64,000 nucleotides of DNA. Origin: Candidatus Kapaibacterium sp. GTDB taxonomy: Bacteria; Bacteroidota; Ignavibacteria; Kapaibacteriales; UBA2268. A model generated the notes under the pieces. That model made no database searches. It was not told the origin of the DNA and worked only from the letters and a program-made list of their open reading frames with translations. Both the position numbers and the translations under genes were made by a program. The DNA lies in NCBI GenBank assembly GCA_963665665.1, contig OY762428.1:5216001-5280000 (forward strand). Direction: 5' to 3'. Positions 37,481 to 47,815 of the stretch are shown here, piece by piece. The stretch's first letter is position 1, and each line of letters begins with the position of its first letter.

Positions 37481-39979
37481 ATGTCACTTTTTGCTAAAGA
37501 ACACATAGTGCCGACAATACTCGAAGACGAGATGAAGACGTCCTATCTGGACTACTCCATGTCTGTTATCGTTTCAAGGGCATTGCCGGACGTTAGGGAC
37601 GGGCTGAAACCTGTTCACAGAAGAATTTTATTTGCTATGCACGAGTTGGGCCTGCAACCAAATAAGTCTTATAAGAAATCAGCAAGGCTTGTGGGTGAAG
37701 TGCTCGGTAAATACCATCCGCACGGCGATTCAGCCGTATATGACGCAATGGTCAGGATGGCACAGGAATGGTCTTTGCGCTATCCATTTGTTGACGGCCA
37801 GGGTAACTATGGCTCAATTGACGGCGATTCACCGGCTGCCATGCGTTATACTGAAACCAGGATGGCATATATTGCAACAGAGGTTCTGAAAGATATTGAG
37901 AAAAATACTGTTGATTTTACTCCCAACTTTGACGAGTCTCTTGAAGAACCGACTGTACTCCCATCCATAGCGCCGACATTGCTTCTGAATGGGGCCAGCG
38001 GTATTGCTGTTGGTATGGCTACCAATATTCCCCCACACAATCTTAATGAGATCGCCGCCGGAATTAAAGCCTATATTGAAAATCCGGAAATTACTGATGA
38101 AGAATTAATTCAACATGTTCCGGGCCCTGATTTCCCGACTGCCGGGATCATATATGGTTATAGCGGTGTAAAAGATGCCTACATGACAGGCCGCGGCAGG
38201 ATAATTGTCCGTGCTAAAGCATTTATCGAAGAGAATAAAACAAAATCTGCAATTGTTGTTTCAGAACTGCCCTACCAGGTTAATAAGGCTAACCTTATTG
38301 AAAAAATTGCCGATCTGGTAAAAAATAAATCAATCGAAGATATATCAGATATCAGGGATGAATCTGACAGGGACGGCATCAGGGTTGTTATCGAACTAAA
38401 AAGGGATGCTATACCCGGTGTTGTTCTGAATAACCTGTATAAACATACTCAGATGCAGGTAACTTTTGGCGCTAATATGCTGGCCCTTGTGGACGGAGCT
38501 CCAAAAGTTCTGACTCTTAAACAGATGATCCACCACTTCGTCAATCACAGGCTGGATGTTATTGTAAGAAGGACACAGTTTGAACTTGACGCTGCTCAGA
38601 AACGCGCCCACATATTGGAAGGCCTTCTGAAAGCGCTCGACCATATTGATGAAGTTATAAATATTATAAGAAGTTCAAAAGATACACCGACAGCATCGAA
38701 AAGATTGCAGGAAACTTTTGAATTTTCCGAGATTCAGGCAAAAGCAATTCTCGAAATGAGGCTTTCAAGGCTTACAGGGCTTGAAAGAGAAAAACTCCAG
38801 GCTGAGTATGCCGAGCTTATCAGGGAAATCGAAAGATTGAAAGCAATTCTTGCAAGCCGTGAGCTTCAGTATCAGATGATTATTGAAGACATTGATGCAC
38901 TGGTTGCCAGGTTTGGTGATGAACGCCGTACTGAAATAGTTTTCAATGCCGAGGAATTCTCTGTTGAAGATATGATTGCAAACGAAGATGTGATTATTAC
39001 AATTACACATAACGGTTTTATCAAGAGAACCAAAGTAAGCAATTACAGACGGCAGAATAAAGGCGGCAGGGGAGCGAGTGGTGCCGGAACCCACGACGAG
39101 GATTTCGTTGAGCATGTTTTCCAGACTGCCACACACCACTTCCTGTTGTTCTTTACGGATATGGGCCGAGTCTACAGGGTTAAGGTATATGACCTACCTG
39201 AAGGAAGCAGGAATGCCAAAGGTCGCTCACTTGCTAATGTTATTCAGAAAATGCCGGATGAAACTGTTACAGCATATCTGCCGGTTAAAGAATTTACTGA
39301 CGATCAGTTCATTCTGATGGGAACATTGAACGGAACGATAAAGAAAACTGTTCTTTCTGCTTTCCAGAATGTCAGGCAGAATGGTATTATCGCATTAACA
39401 CTTGCAGAAAATGACAGGCTTATTTCCGTAAGGCTTACAGACGGGAAATGTGATGTTATACTTTGTTCAAGAAACGGCCTTGCCTGCCGGTTCCGTGAGT
39501 CAGATGTCCGTGCTATGGGCCGTACTGCTGCTGGTGTTCGCGGAATTTCTCTTGCTGACGGCGATATTGTCAAATCAATGATAGTTATTACCCGGCCTGA
39601 CGAGCAAATACTCGTTGTTGGCGAGAAAGGTTATGGCAAACGAACTAAGTTTGAAGATTTCAGGCTTACAAAGCGTGGCGCCAAGGGTGTTATTGCAATG
39701 AATATCACTCCTAAAACCGGTAAGATCGTTGGTATGAAATCAGTTGTTGACAGCCAGGACCTGATTGTTATAACTGTTAAAGGTATCCTGATACGTCAGT
39801 CAATAAAACCAATCAGAACTATTGGCAGGAATACCCAGGGTGTTAAGTTGATAAGGCTTGATCCGGGCGACACAATAGCTGATATTACAACCGTTACCAG
39901 AGAAGAGAACAGTGATAACGACGAAAAAGAAACTGATATTCCCGGACAGGACGGGGTTCAGGAAACAATGGGATTCTGA
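37481..39979 (+). CDS. gyrA: DNA gyrase subunit A
   Basis: [29 protein letters not shown], GyrA-box QNKGGRG. Confidence 0.98.
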   Translation: MSLFAKEHIVPTILEDEMKTSYLDYSMSVIVSRALPDVRDGLKPVHRRILFAMHELGLQPNKSYKKSARLVGEVLGKYHPHGDSAVYDAMVRMAQEWSLRYPFVDGQGNYGSIDGDSPAAMRYTETRMAYIATEVLKDIEKNTVDFTPNFDESLEEPTVLPSIAPTLLLNGASGIAVGMATNIPPHNLNEIAAGIKAYIENPEITDEELIQHVPGPDFPTAGIIYGYSGVKDAYMTGRGRIIVRAKAFIEENKTKSAIVVSELPYQVNKANLIEKIADLVKNKSIEDISDIRDESDRDGIRVVIELKRDAIPGVVLNNLYKHTQMQVTFGANMLALVDGAPKVLTLKQMIHHFVNHRLDVIVRRTQFELDAAQKRAHILEGLLKALDHIDEVINIIRSSKDTPTASKRLQETFEFSEIQAKAILEMRLSRLTGLEREKLQAEYAELIREIERLKAILASRELQYQMIIEDIDALVARFGDERRTEIVFNAEEFSVEDMIANEDVIITITHNGFIKRTKVSNYRRQNKGGRGASGAGTHDEDFVEHVFQTATHHFLLFFTDMGRVYRVKVYDLPEGSRNAKGRSLANVIQKMPDETVTAYLPVKEFTDDQFILMGTLNGTIKKTVLSAFQNVRQNGIIALTLAENDRLISVRLTDGKCDVILCSRNGLACRFRESDVRAMGRTAAGVRGISLADGDIVKSMIVITRPDEQILVVGEKGYGKRTKFEDFRLTKRGAKGVIAMNITPKTGKIVGMKSVVDSQDLIVITVKGILIRQSIKPIRTIGRNTQGVKLIRLDPGDTIADITTVTREENSDNDEKETDIPGQDGVQETMGF

Positions 39980-40013
39980 TTCTGTTGATTTTCTGATTTG
40001 AGTAATAAAATAT

Positions 40014-40052
40014 AAACCTTTCGAAGATGAAAAAATTCGGAAGGTTTTTTTT
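40014..40052. terminator. terminator between convergent gyrA and K+ channel genes
   Basis: AAACCTTTCGAA...TTCGGAAGGTTTTTT. Confidence 0.7.
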
Positions 40053-41097
40053 ATTCGCCATTCAGGGCAATTTTTTCGAATTTCGCTGTTTGTTCTTTTG
40101 TCCCCATTACAAGAACCCGATCGCCGGCAAGGATTTTGAATTGTCCGTTAGGATTCATGAAGGATTGGCCATTTCTAATAATTGCCAGTACACTGGCGCC
40201 GCATTTCTTCCTTATATCAAGTTCTATCAGTGTTTTTCCGTTCCATTTGCTGTTTGCCGGAAGCATCACGCTATCCACGCTAATATCAATATCCCCGGAT
40301 GCGAGGCTCGATTCCATGAATTCAACCACATTGGGGTTCACCATCTGCTGGGCAAGTCTCATACCGCCAATACTGTATGGGTTCACAATCTGATTAGCTC
40401 CGGCCTTTTCAAGTTTCGTAACTGAGCTTTCCTCGTCGGCACGAGCCACAATATGCAAATCCGGTTTCAGAACTTTAGCACTTAGAACAACAAAAACTGT
40501 TGTTGCCGAATTGGCTGTTGTAACAATTATTCCTCGTGCCCGTTCTATTCCTGCTTTGATAAGGGTTTCGTCTTCGGTGGCATCACCCACGATAAAGAAA
40601 TTACCTTCTTTCTCAATTTCATCCTCGCTGCCGCCAAGATTTTCCTCAACAATAACAAGGGTTTCATTATGCTTATTCAGTACTTTTGCAGCTAACGAGC
40701 CAACCCTGCCATATCCGATAAGAATAATATGATCTGAAAGTTTAGCTATTTTTTTTTCCATTTTTTTCTTTCCCCGGATATTGTGCAATTGAATAATAAA
40801 AAGGTTTTCCATAAATATCGACAAAACGTAAAAAAGACTGCCAATCCCCAGAACACCGATTGCTATAGTAAATATTCTGCCAATACTGTCCAGAGGATAA
40901 ACCTCCTCGTATCCTATTGTAGTAATAGTAATAAAAGTCATATAAAAATGATCCAGCCAGTTGGAGTTTGTATCCTGCCATAATACTCCATACCCGAAAG
41001 TACCGCCTACAATAACTGCCAATAAAATTAAAATCGGCAATATCGGCCTTTTCAATTCAATATTTTCTTCTTTTGCAGTTCTTAGCAGGTTTAGCAT
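40051..41097 (-). CDS. potassium channel with RCK (TrkA-N/C) domains
   Basis: 2 TMs with TITTIGYEEV filter, GYGRVG, GDATEDETL, TrkA-C. Confidence 0.9.
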   Translation of the reverse strand: MLNLLRTAKEENIELKRPILPILILLAVIVGGTFGYGVLWQDTNSNWLDHFYMTFITITTIGYEEVYPLDSIGRIFTIAIGVLGIGSLFYVLSIFMENLFIIQLHNIRGKKKMEKKIAKLSDHIILIGYGRVGSLAAKVLNKHNETLVIVEENLGGSEDEIEKEGNFFIVGDATEDETLIKAGIERARGIIVTTANSATTVFVVLSAKVLKPDLHIVARADEESSVTKLEKAGANQIVNPYSIGGMRLAQQMVNPNVVEFMESSLASGDIDISVDSVMLPANSKWNGKTLIELDIRKKCGASVLAIIRNGQSFMNPNGQFKILAGDRVLVMGTKEQTAKFEKIALNGE

Positions 41098-41775
41098 AAT
41101 TTTGTCAAAATTTATAGTAATATAAGATATAAAACCAAAAAGCAAATTAAAAATACGAAAAAGCTGAATATTAAGGAAACATATTTTTTTGAATAGTTCC
41201 GCAAATTTCAGAACTCCGGAATCCGCGTAATCTATAAATTCGTTGTTGCTGATTATTCCAAATCAGTTTCCGCCCCCAAAACACACACAGTGCGGAACAC
41301 ACACACATTTATTTAAGGCATTGATTTTTTACCTTTTTGATTTTCTGTCCAAAATCAGCTTTGGTTCGGCTCACATCCAAAACCGGGAGATTTAGCATAA
41401 GTTTCATTATTCTTAATATTAAGAGATCACTGCCGCCAACAGCTGACGGATTAGTAGCGGATAAAGCCGGAAAATGTTGCACTGAAGCAAGTGAAGGAGT
41501 CATTCTTCTTGATTTTATCATAGAAACAAGTGTATTCTTTATTTCGATTCTGCCACTGCCGAAGAATTTTATTCTTTCCCGGGGGCTTGAAAACGCATAA
41601 TTTGGAGAAATTAATCCCTGAATATAATTGAATTTCAACTATCCGGATCATATTCCTGTCAAATTTTTACTTATTTCCTATCCGTCCTCATAATTGACTG
41701 ATATTATTGATATTAATACCTTTTATACATCCTTCTGAAACGATTTTTTACAGCCCAAATCCCTTTTTCTGAGCT

Positions 41776-41971
41776 TTCCGAGCGTTCCCCCGTGCCTTCC
41801 GAGCGTTCCCTCGTGCCTGCCGAGCATTCCCTCGTGCCTGCCGAGCGTTCCCCCGATCTTTCCGAGCATTCCCCCGACCCTGCCGAGCATTCCCTCGTGA
41901 TTTCCGAGCGTTCCCTCGTGCTTTCCGAGCATTCCCTCGTGCCTGCCGAGCGTTCCCCCATGCCTTCCGAG
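41776..41971. repeat. 21-bp tandem minisatellite, 9 full units plus a partial
   Basis: consensus T(T/G)CCGAGC(G/A)TTCCC(T/C)CGTGCC, units starting at 41776, 41797, 41818 ... 41944, 41965. Confidence 0.95.
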
Positions 41972-42416
41972 ACACTTTTTCAGGTAAAATTCTACTCAGA
42001 AAAGACAGAGTTTCAATTTTTTGATATAGAATTTCGTTCTATTGGTCAGTTCGTTCCCCTTGATCAATTGATGTTTTAATAGGAAAGTAGCGGAATTTGC
42101 TATGGCGATGAAAATATTCAGTTGAAAAACATTGAAGTTTGCTATGCCCGGCAAACTTAATGATCATTTTGCACAGAATTTCAATCGGATGAGGGTAGAG
42201 ATAACTAAGTTACAATATGTATCAGGTTTCGGAGAGTATAATCTTGCAATACAAGCTTTAATCCCCGATATTTGATACCGCCCCCTTTTCGTATTACCCC
42301 TGACAAAGCAATAAAAATAAAGATGAAGCCGCCTGATAAGCTGACCTTGTGTCACTTTGATTGCAACGAAGAGTCCATATCCTGGAAATTATACCTTAGA
42401 TAGTTGTCCCGACAGT

Positions 42417-42902
42417 CTATTCCTTTTCTTCACCCGATTCAATACGGATTTTGCCGTCCTTTTGCAGTTGTTCTTTTGATTTTGCATGCACCATGTGCGA
42501 AAACTCCTGCTCGTTTTTATAAACTGCATCAGAAATTGTAACAAGTAGTCTTTGCATTTTCCTGCCAACCGGACTTTCGTAGAATTTGATGAGTTCTTTG
42601 ATTTCGGAATGAGTAAAATTTTCATCATACACGGGAATATTCATTTCAATGAACTTGTAGGGGCTATGCATTTGCATCAGTTTTGTCCAGTATTCATCAG
42701 GAGCGTCAACATATCTCTGGTAGGAATTAACAACATATTTGATTATGTTGTAAGCAACCTGTTCATTACCCATTAGCGTAAGAAGTTTAACGATATCTGC
42801 TTTTTTAGCAGGATTGATTTCTGAATTATTTTCCTGTGAAAATGATGAAAGCGAAGAAAATAATATCATGACTGCAATAATCGATACAAATTTTTTCATC
42901 AA
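42417..42902 (-). CDS. secreted DUF2059-like protein
   Basis: signal peptide; YDENFTHSEIKELIKFYESPVGRK. Confidence 0.8.
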   Translation of the reverse strand: MMKKFVSIIAVMILFSSLSSFSQENNSEINPAKKADIVKLLTLMGNEQVAYNIIKYVVNSYQRYVDAPDEYWTKLMQMHSPYKFIEMNIPVYDENFTHSEIKELIKFYESPVGRKMQRLLVTISDAVYKNEQEFSHMVHAKSKEQLQKDGKIRIESGEEKE

Positions 42903-42971
42903 TAACTCTCCGTTTTTAATAATTTTTATTATTCAAATACATTAACAATTTATAACTGATAAAATCAACAT

Positions 42972-44219
42972 CTATTGCATATCATTAAGTTTTTCGACAA
43001 CTGTTCCAATTTCTGCCCGGACTTTTTTAAGTTCGGAAACATCTTCACTGTTGGTTTCAACAATTTTTATGAAAGCCTGAATTTCCTTGATCCTTAAAGA
43101 GCAATATTCAATTAAAAGGGCCTGGCGCTTTGCGGATTTTCCTTCCAAATCCTCGACTGATCGGGCAACTTTCAGAGCGTTCTGCCAGTTTAACATCACG
43201 TCATTGCGCAACTTATCCAAATAAATATCTTTGTTCTGATCGGTCAGGTTTGAAGTAACTTCGTCGAATGATTTCAATGCCTTTTCCTGATATTTGTATA
43301 TCTCATCACTGGCTTTGATTAATTCCATTGACGAAGTTTTGGGTATATAGGAAAGTGCTGTAAAAAGAATTGCTGCTGCTGCCAAAGAAACAATAGCTGT
43401 AATTGAATTATTCGGGCCACTCTGAAAATTGAAAAGATCCTTTTTATATACAATCGCCAGAAGAAATCCTGAAACTAAACCGCCAATATGGGCGGCGTTG
43501 TCAATACCTGGGCTGAAACCAAGGCCAAGATTGATAACTATCATCGGCCCGATACTTCTAAGCATATTTTTTCTGAAAACAGGGTTTAACATATCCCTTT
43601 TGAAAATTAAAACCCCAAGCAGGAAGCCGAACATACCGAATACTGCTCCCGAAGCACCGGCACTTACAATGTCCGGATTCCAGTAAAGGCTGAGAATATT
43701 TCCTGCTATACCGCAAATCAAATAAGAACTAAGAAATCTTGCCCTGCCGAGCAGTGGTTCAAGAATTGAGCCGATAAACAGAAGGGCGTACATATTGAAT
43801 CCGATGTGAATTATCCCGATATGAAGGAATGTACTGCTCAGAAGCCGCCAATATTCACCTTCCAGTGTTAACGGGCCATAATCAGCCCCCCAGTCAATCA
43901 ATTGCTGAATTGAAGGGCCCATTATTCCTGCACCCATTGCAAGATTAACAATAAAAACGAGGATATTAACAGCAATTATCCCCTGGGTAATAATTATAAG
44001 TGGATTTGGTTTAAAAAAGGAGTTCCCCGAATCGTCATTTTCGAGTGGAATAGAATCCTCATTCATACCGTTGATAGTTTCGTCTTCGATATTGTAACCG
44101 AATCTTCTGTTTAATTCAATTACTGCGTTATTAACAGTTTCCCTGTCGAATTCAGCCTGGTTCTCCAGGATATTTTCAAGTTCTGATTTCGATAAATTTT
44201 TTAAATGATCGTTATCCAT
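42972..44219 (-). CDS. rhomboid intramembrane serine protease
   Basis: WRLLSSTFLH, HIGFNM, GASGAVFG, AAHIGG. Confidence 0.93.
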   Translation of the reverse strand: MDNDHLKNLSKSELENILENQAEFDRETVNNAVIELNRRFGYNIEDETINGMNEDSIPLENDDSGNSFFKPNPLIIITQGIIAVNILVFIVNLAMGAGIMGPSIQQLIDWGADYGPLTLEGEYWRLLSSTFLHIGIIHIGFNMYALLFIGSILEPLLGRARFLSSYLICGIAGNILSLYWNPDIVSAGASGAVFGMFGFLLGVLIFKRDMLNPVFRKNMLRSIGPMIVINLGLGFSPGIDNAAHIGGLVSGFLLAIVYKKDLFNFQSGPNNSITAIVSLAAAAILFTALSYIPKTSSMELIKASDEIYKYQEKALKSFDEVTSNLTDQNKDIYLDKLRNDVMLNWQNALKVARSVEDLEGKSAKRQALLIEYCSLRIKEIQAFIKIVETNSEDVSELKKVRAEIGTVVEKLNDMQ

Positions 44220-44308
44220 ATTTTCTCTTTTCAAAGCTTCTTTCCTTAGTAAAAAGAAAATTTACAAAAGGAAAGGTTAATAACAAAAGATAAATGGAAA
44301 ATATGTTT

Positions 44309-46144
44309 TTATTCTTTGATAAATTTCAATTTTAATGGGTTTCCATTCGATGAATAAATAAAATAATATGCTCCGGAAGCTAACACTGAAATGTTTATCT
44401 TATTTCCGTATCCATATCCCTGCAAAACAATCCTGCCGGAATTATCCATTATTTGATAATATCCTTTCAGATCACAGTTCCCAATGTTAATATAATCGGA
44501 AGCCGGGTTGGGGTATAAAAAAGACTGACCTTCTTCAAAATCTTCTACTCCGTTTATAATTTCAGAGAATTCAAGTTCTGACATCAGTATAGGTGAATTA
44601 TCAGCATCATCCCTGAGTTCTATAAATTTTTTAGCATCATCAGTTTCAATATGTCTAAGATGATCTATCCATGCAGGCTTTACGGTTTGGTATAATAACT
44701 CAATTTCAACATCAATTTTTTCTGAATTTCCAATGGGAATCCGGTACATAATATTATCTTCGCCGTAGCTGGTTTGATTTTCATTATTCAAATAATCCGG
44801 GTCGTCTGTTGCTTCTCCGTTCACAAACTGATCAATTGATGAACCGTCCGGAAGTATAAACATATCCGGAAGCAAACGGTTATCTTTACTGTTTCTGGCA
44901 GCCCTGAGTAGAGTGTAGGTCATTTCACCGTTCACATCAACCGGAACAGCCTCGTATATTTGTATCTCGTCAGGACTGCTGATTTCCTGATAGTGAGGGT
45001 GGAATTTTTCTCCGCTGAATAATTCGCCATCGTCATTATAATCACCGGACTCGAATAAAATATTCTGTTGTCCATCCTTAACTTTTACGTGGAGCCACAT
45101 TCTCCTTAAAGGAATACCTGTTGGCAGCTTATGTCCGGTCAGGTTTTTAATATTGATATTAAGCAGTAAAGTTCCATTTTCGATTTCATGTGTTTGAGTG
45201 ATATTTTCCGAAAGGCTGAAATTTTCATTTACAAGATCAAGAGTTGAATTAAATTGAGTTGTATCCGCTCCAAGATTAAGGTTATCGGTATTTGCTTTTA
45301 ATATATTCAGCATCCAGGAGTTTCCTCCAACGAATTCATGCTTAAAGAAGGGGCTTCTTTTTGTATCAAGCCATCCCGGCCTGCTGGCAATTATCTGCCC
45401 TTCATCTGCTGCTTTCATGTGGCATGCCTGACACGATCTGTCCTCACGTGCATGGGAACTGTGAATCCATTCAAGATAAGGTGCCTGCTCGGTATATGTG
45501 CCTGCTATTTCACCGGCATCATCAAAATAAGGGGTAATCAGAGTATGGCAGGTAGCACATAGGGCGGATTCGCTAACATGTTCTGAATGAACCGGAGTAT
45601 AGTTTGTACTGCCTTGCATTTGTTGAGTCAGAGGATTTTCATAAGGCCCGAATATCTCTTTATTTTCACCAATAATATAAGATCCTGTATAGCTTTCTGC
45701 CTGGCCGAAATTATCACTTTTTATCTGATGACATAATGTACAACTTACTCCGTCCAAAGCCATATGTGATTCCTTAATTTGAGAAAGCGTAAAATGCTCT
45801 TCACCGTTTTTATCTGATTGATACCAGCCCATTGGTGCATGACACCTGGCGCACGTGCTTTCAATCAATTCGGCAGCATGAGGAAAATGGTCTGATTCCT
45901 CGGACACAACAGCCCTCCATAGTGGATCCTTTGATGAATTAGCCATCATTGTACTTCGCCACATATTAACCGGCGAAATATCTCTTTCTCCTGCCATCAT
46001 TATGGTACCATTTGAAGCATGACAAACTTCGCAATTTCCGGATCCGGAAAATGTTTCACTGGTTTCAGTCGGAAGGGGAATAATAAAAAAAGTAAAACCA
46101 CAGGCAAAAATCAGAATTGTTATTAAACCCGATAGTAATTTCAT
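44309..46144 (-). CDS. multiheme c-type cytochrome (5 CxxCH) with T9SS C-terminal domain
   Basis: CEVCH, CARCH, CTLCH, CATCH, CQACH; GHKLPTG; C-terminal LYPNPASDYI...SGAYYF...KFIKE; N-terminal signal. Confidence 0.88.
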   Translation of the reverse strand: MKLLSGLITILIFACGFTFFIIPLPTETSETFSGSGNCEVCHASNGTIMMAGERDISPVNMWRSTMMANSSKDPLWRAVVSEESDHFPHAAELIESTCARCHAPMGWYQSDKNGEEHFTLSQIKESHMALDGVSCTLCHQIKSDNFGQAESYTGSYIIGENKEIFGPYENPLTQQMQGSTNYTPVHSEHVSESALCATCHTLITPYFDDAGEIAGTYTEQAPYLEWIHSSHAREDRSCQACHMKAADEGQIIASRPGWLDTKRSPFFKHEFVGGNSWMLNILKANTDNLNLGADTTQFNSTLDLVNENFSLSENITQTHEIENGTLLLNINIKNLTGHKLPTGIPLRRMWLHVKVKDGQQNILFESGDYNDDGELFSGEKFHPHYQEISSPDEIQIYEAVPVDVNGEMTYTLLRAARNSKDNRLLPDMFILPDGSSIDQFVNGEATDDPDYLNNENQTSYGEDNIMYRIPIGNSEKIDVEIELLYQTVKPAWIDHLRHIETDDAKKFIELRDDADNSPILMSELEFSEIINGVEDFEEGQSFLYPNPASDYINIGNCDLKGYYQIMDNSGRIVLQGYGYGNKINISVLASGAYYFIYSSNGNPLKLKFIKE

Positions 46145-46223
46145 GATGAACTCCTATAAATTTCTGACAATATGACTATATAGTAAAATAATGATTGAAA
46201 ATCAAATTATAATCTGATTATGT

Positions 46224-46250
46224 AAAAAAAAAGCCCCGTATCTACGGGGC
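46224..46250 (-). terminator. intrinsic terminator
   Basis: GCCCCGTA-TC-TACGGGGC with an A9 run on the plus strand (T-tract on minus). Confidence 0.8.
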
Positions 46251-46359
46251 CAAAGTATGAGTCTCAATTATAAAATTATTTTATTACTTTTAATATAATT
46301 ATAATACAATCTGGCAATTATTATAAAATCATCAAGTTTATTAAAATTTAACAGGAAAA

Positions 46360-46575
46360 TCAGAATTCTTCTTCCCAGTCACTTTGTATGAGTTCGAAAA
46401 TTTCATTTACCGGCTTTTCGAATATTTCTGATATTTTCAGCGCAAGGACAGTTGAAGGCACATACCTGTTATTCTCGATTGAGTTAATGGTTTGCCTGGA
46501 AACCCCGATCTTTTTGGCCAGGGTTTCCTGAGTCATGTCTTTAAGGGCCCTCTCTATTTTTATGGAGTTTTTCAT
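46360..46575 (-). CDS. XRE-family helix-turn-helix regulator
   Basis: MTQETLAKKIGVSRQTINSIENNRYVPS...LALKIS..F. Confidence 0.93.
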   Translation of the reverse strand: MKNSIKIERALKDMTQETLAKKIGVSRQTINSIENNRYVPSTVLALKISEIFEKPVNEIFELIQSDWEEEF

Positions 46576-46970
46576 TACCTTCTTTTCTTAAGTGAATAGA
46601 AAATAAAAAAGTAATAAATCATCATTGTGAGCAAGAGGCCGTCAGCTTCTTTTGTAATTCTGAAGTCACCGTCAAAGAGAAGATTAATATAAGGGTCTAC
46701 AATTACCAGGCTAACTCCTAAAATAAAGGTAGAGGCTATAGCTTTAAGCCTCAGTTTCATGGTTAATTCATCTTCTTCTTTATCTCTGGATAGGCTCAGG
46801 GCTAATAGGCAGACAAGTAAAACATTCATAACTATTTGTCCCAGGAAGTCGTGATCAGTCAGGACACCGAAACCGTCAAATATTACTATAATAAATGCTA
46901 TAGCCATTACAATAATAAAATACTTTTTGTATTGATACGGAAACAATCGAAGTTCATTTTCTACATTCAT
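46575..46970 (-). CDS. small membrane protein co-encoded with the XRE regulator
   Basis: 4 TMs, SRDKEEDELTMKLR; TAATG coupling to the HTH gene. Confidence 0.75.
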   Translation of the reverse strand: MNVENELRLFPYQYKKYFIIVMAIAFIIVIFDGFGVLTDHDFLGQIVMNVLLVCLLALSLSRDKEEDELTMKLRLKAIASTFILGVSLVIVDPYINLLFDGDFRITKEADGLLLTMMIYYFFIFYSLKKRR

Positions 46971-46983
46971 ACTTAATTAAATA

Positions 46984-47024
46984 ATGTAAAACATATTTGA
47001 CTATATGGCAAATATACTTTACAT
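46984..47024. promoter_or_regulatory. putative XRE operator (inverted repeat)
   Basis: ATGTAAAACATATTTG-N9-CAAATATACTTTACAT, 14/16 match, directly upstream of the operon. Confidence 0.55.
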
Positions 47025-47202
47025 ATTTATCTTTTCCAATAAATAATTCTACTGATTATCAAATTATTAATAGATATATGTGAAAAATATTACAAATAAA
47101 TGAAAAATATGTCATATTAATTTGGTGATATTAATATTTTTTAATATATTATATCAAGAACATAAGATAATGGTGTGTTTCAGTAAAGCAAGGAGATTTG
47201 AT

Positions 47203-47661
47203 ATGAACAGAATTTTGGTACTTTTTCTTATGATTGCAATCGGTGGGATGTTTTCATCTTGTGATAACCTTCCTAACGATCCGGGAGATGATTCTTATCA
47301 ACCTATTGTAATTGACGATGGCGGCGGCGGTGACATAGGAGATACTGGCGACACTGGAGGTACTGACGACACTAACGATGATAATAATTCCGAGAATGAT
47401 TATATTGTTGTTTTTACAAAAGACGGGCCTGTTGAGACAGACATTCCAAATTACCTTGTTGACGAAGAAACAGGTAAAACTCTTCAGGATTACATCCTTG
47501 AGTGCTGGGAAGATTCTCATAGGAATAATAAGTATAACCATGGTACTTATGTAAGTTGCATTGCTCATCTTACCCGCGATATGGTCAGGGCCGGAATAAT
47601 TACAGGTGCTGAAAAAGGTGTTATTGATGCACTTGCAGCCAGGTCTGAAGAAGGAAAATAA
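47203..47661 (+). CDS. hypothetical lipoprotein with acidic linker
   Basis: AGGAG SD, lipobox FSSC, D/G/T-rich linker, C-terminal NHGTYVSCIAHL helical module. Confidence 0.75.
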   Translation: MNRILVLFLMIAIGGMFSSCDNLPNDPGDDSYQPIVIDDGGGGDIGDTGDTGGTDDTNDDNNSENDYIVVFTKDGPVETDIPNYLVDEETGKTLQDYILECWEDSHRNNKYNHGTYVSCIAHLTRDMVRAGIITGAEKGVIDALAARSEEGK

Positions 47662-47683
47662 TTTTTCCGAAAATATTTTAATC

Positions 47684-47714
47684 GAGGCTCCTTTTTCAGG
47701 AGCCTTTTTTATTT
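47684..47714 (+). terminator. intrinsic terminator
   Basis: AGGCTCCT-TTTTC-AGGAGCCT-T-tract. Confidence 0.85.
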
Positions 47715-47815
47715 CAGTAATTCTTTGATTAAAGTTATCTGCAAACAATAATAAATACTTTCTAATCGTGTTTAATTAAAGGGCTTATTATATAATTTCT
47801 CCGGAGGTCGCCTCT

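Noticed and set aside
41776-41971. CRISPR array
   Set aside because: Units are contiguous 21-mers without unique 30-40 nt spacers; no cas genes
41713-42079. Four overlapping repeat-derived ORFs as real genes
   Set aside because: Open frames follow from a stop-free 21-bp unit; no SD or unique domain favours any frame
42080-42400. Riboswitch, ncRNA or pseudogene downstream of the DUF2059-like gene
   Set aside because: No recognisable aptamer motif or protein similarity by eye; left unannotated
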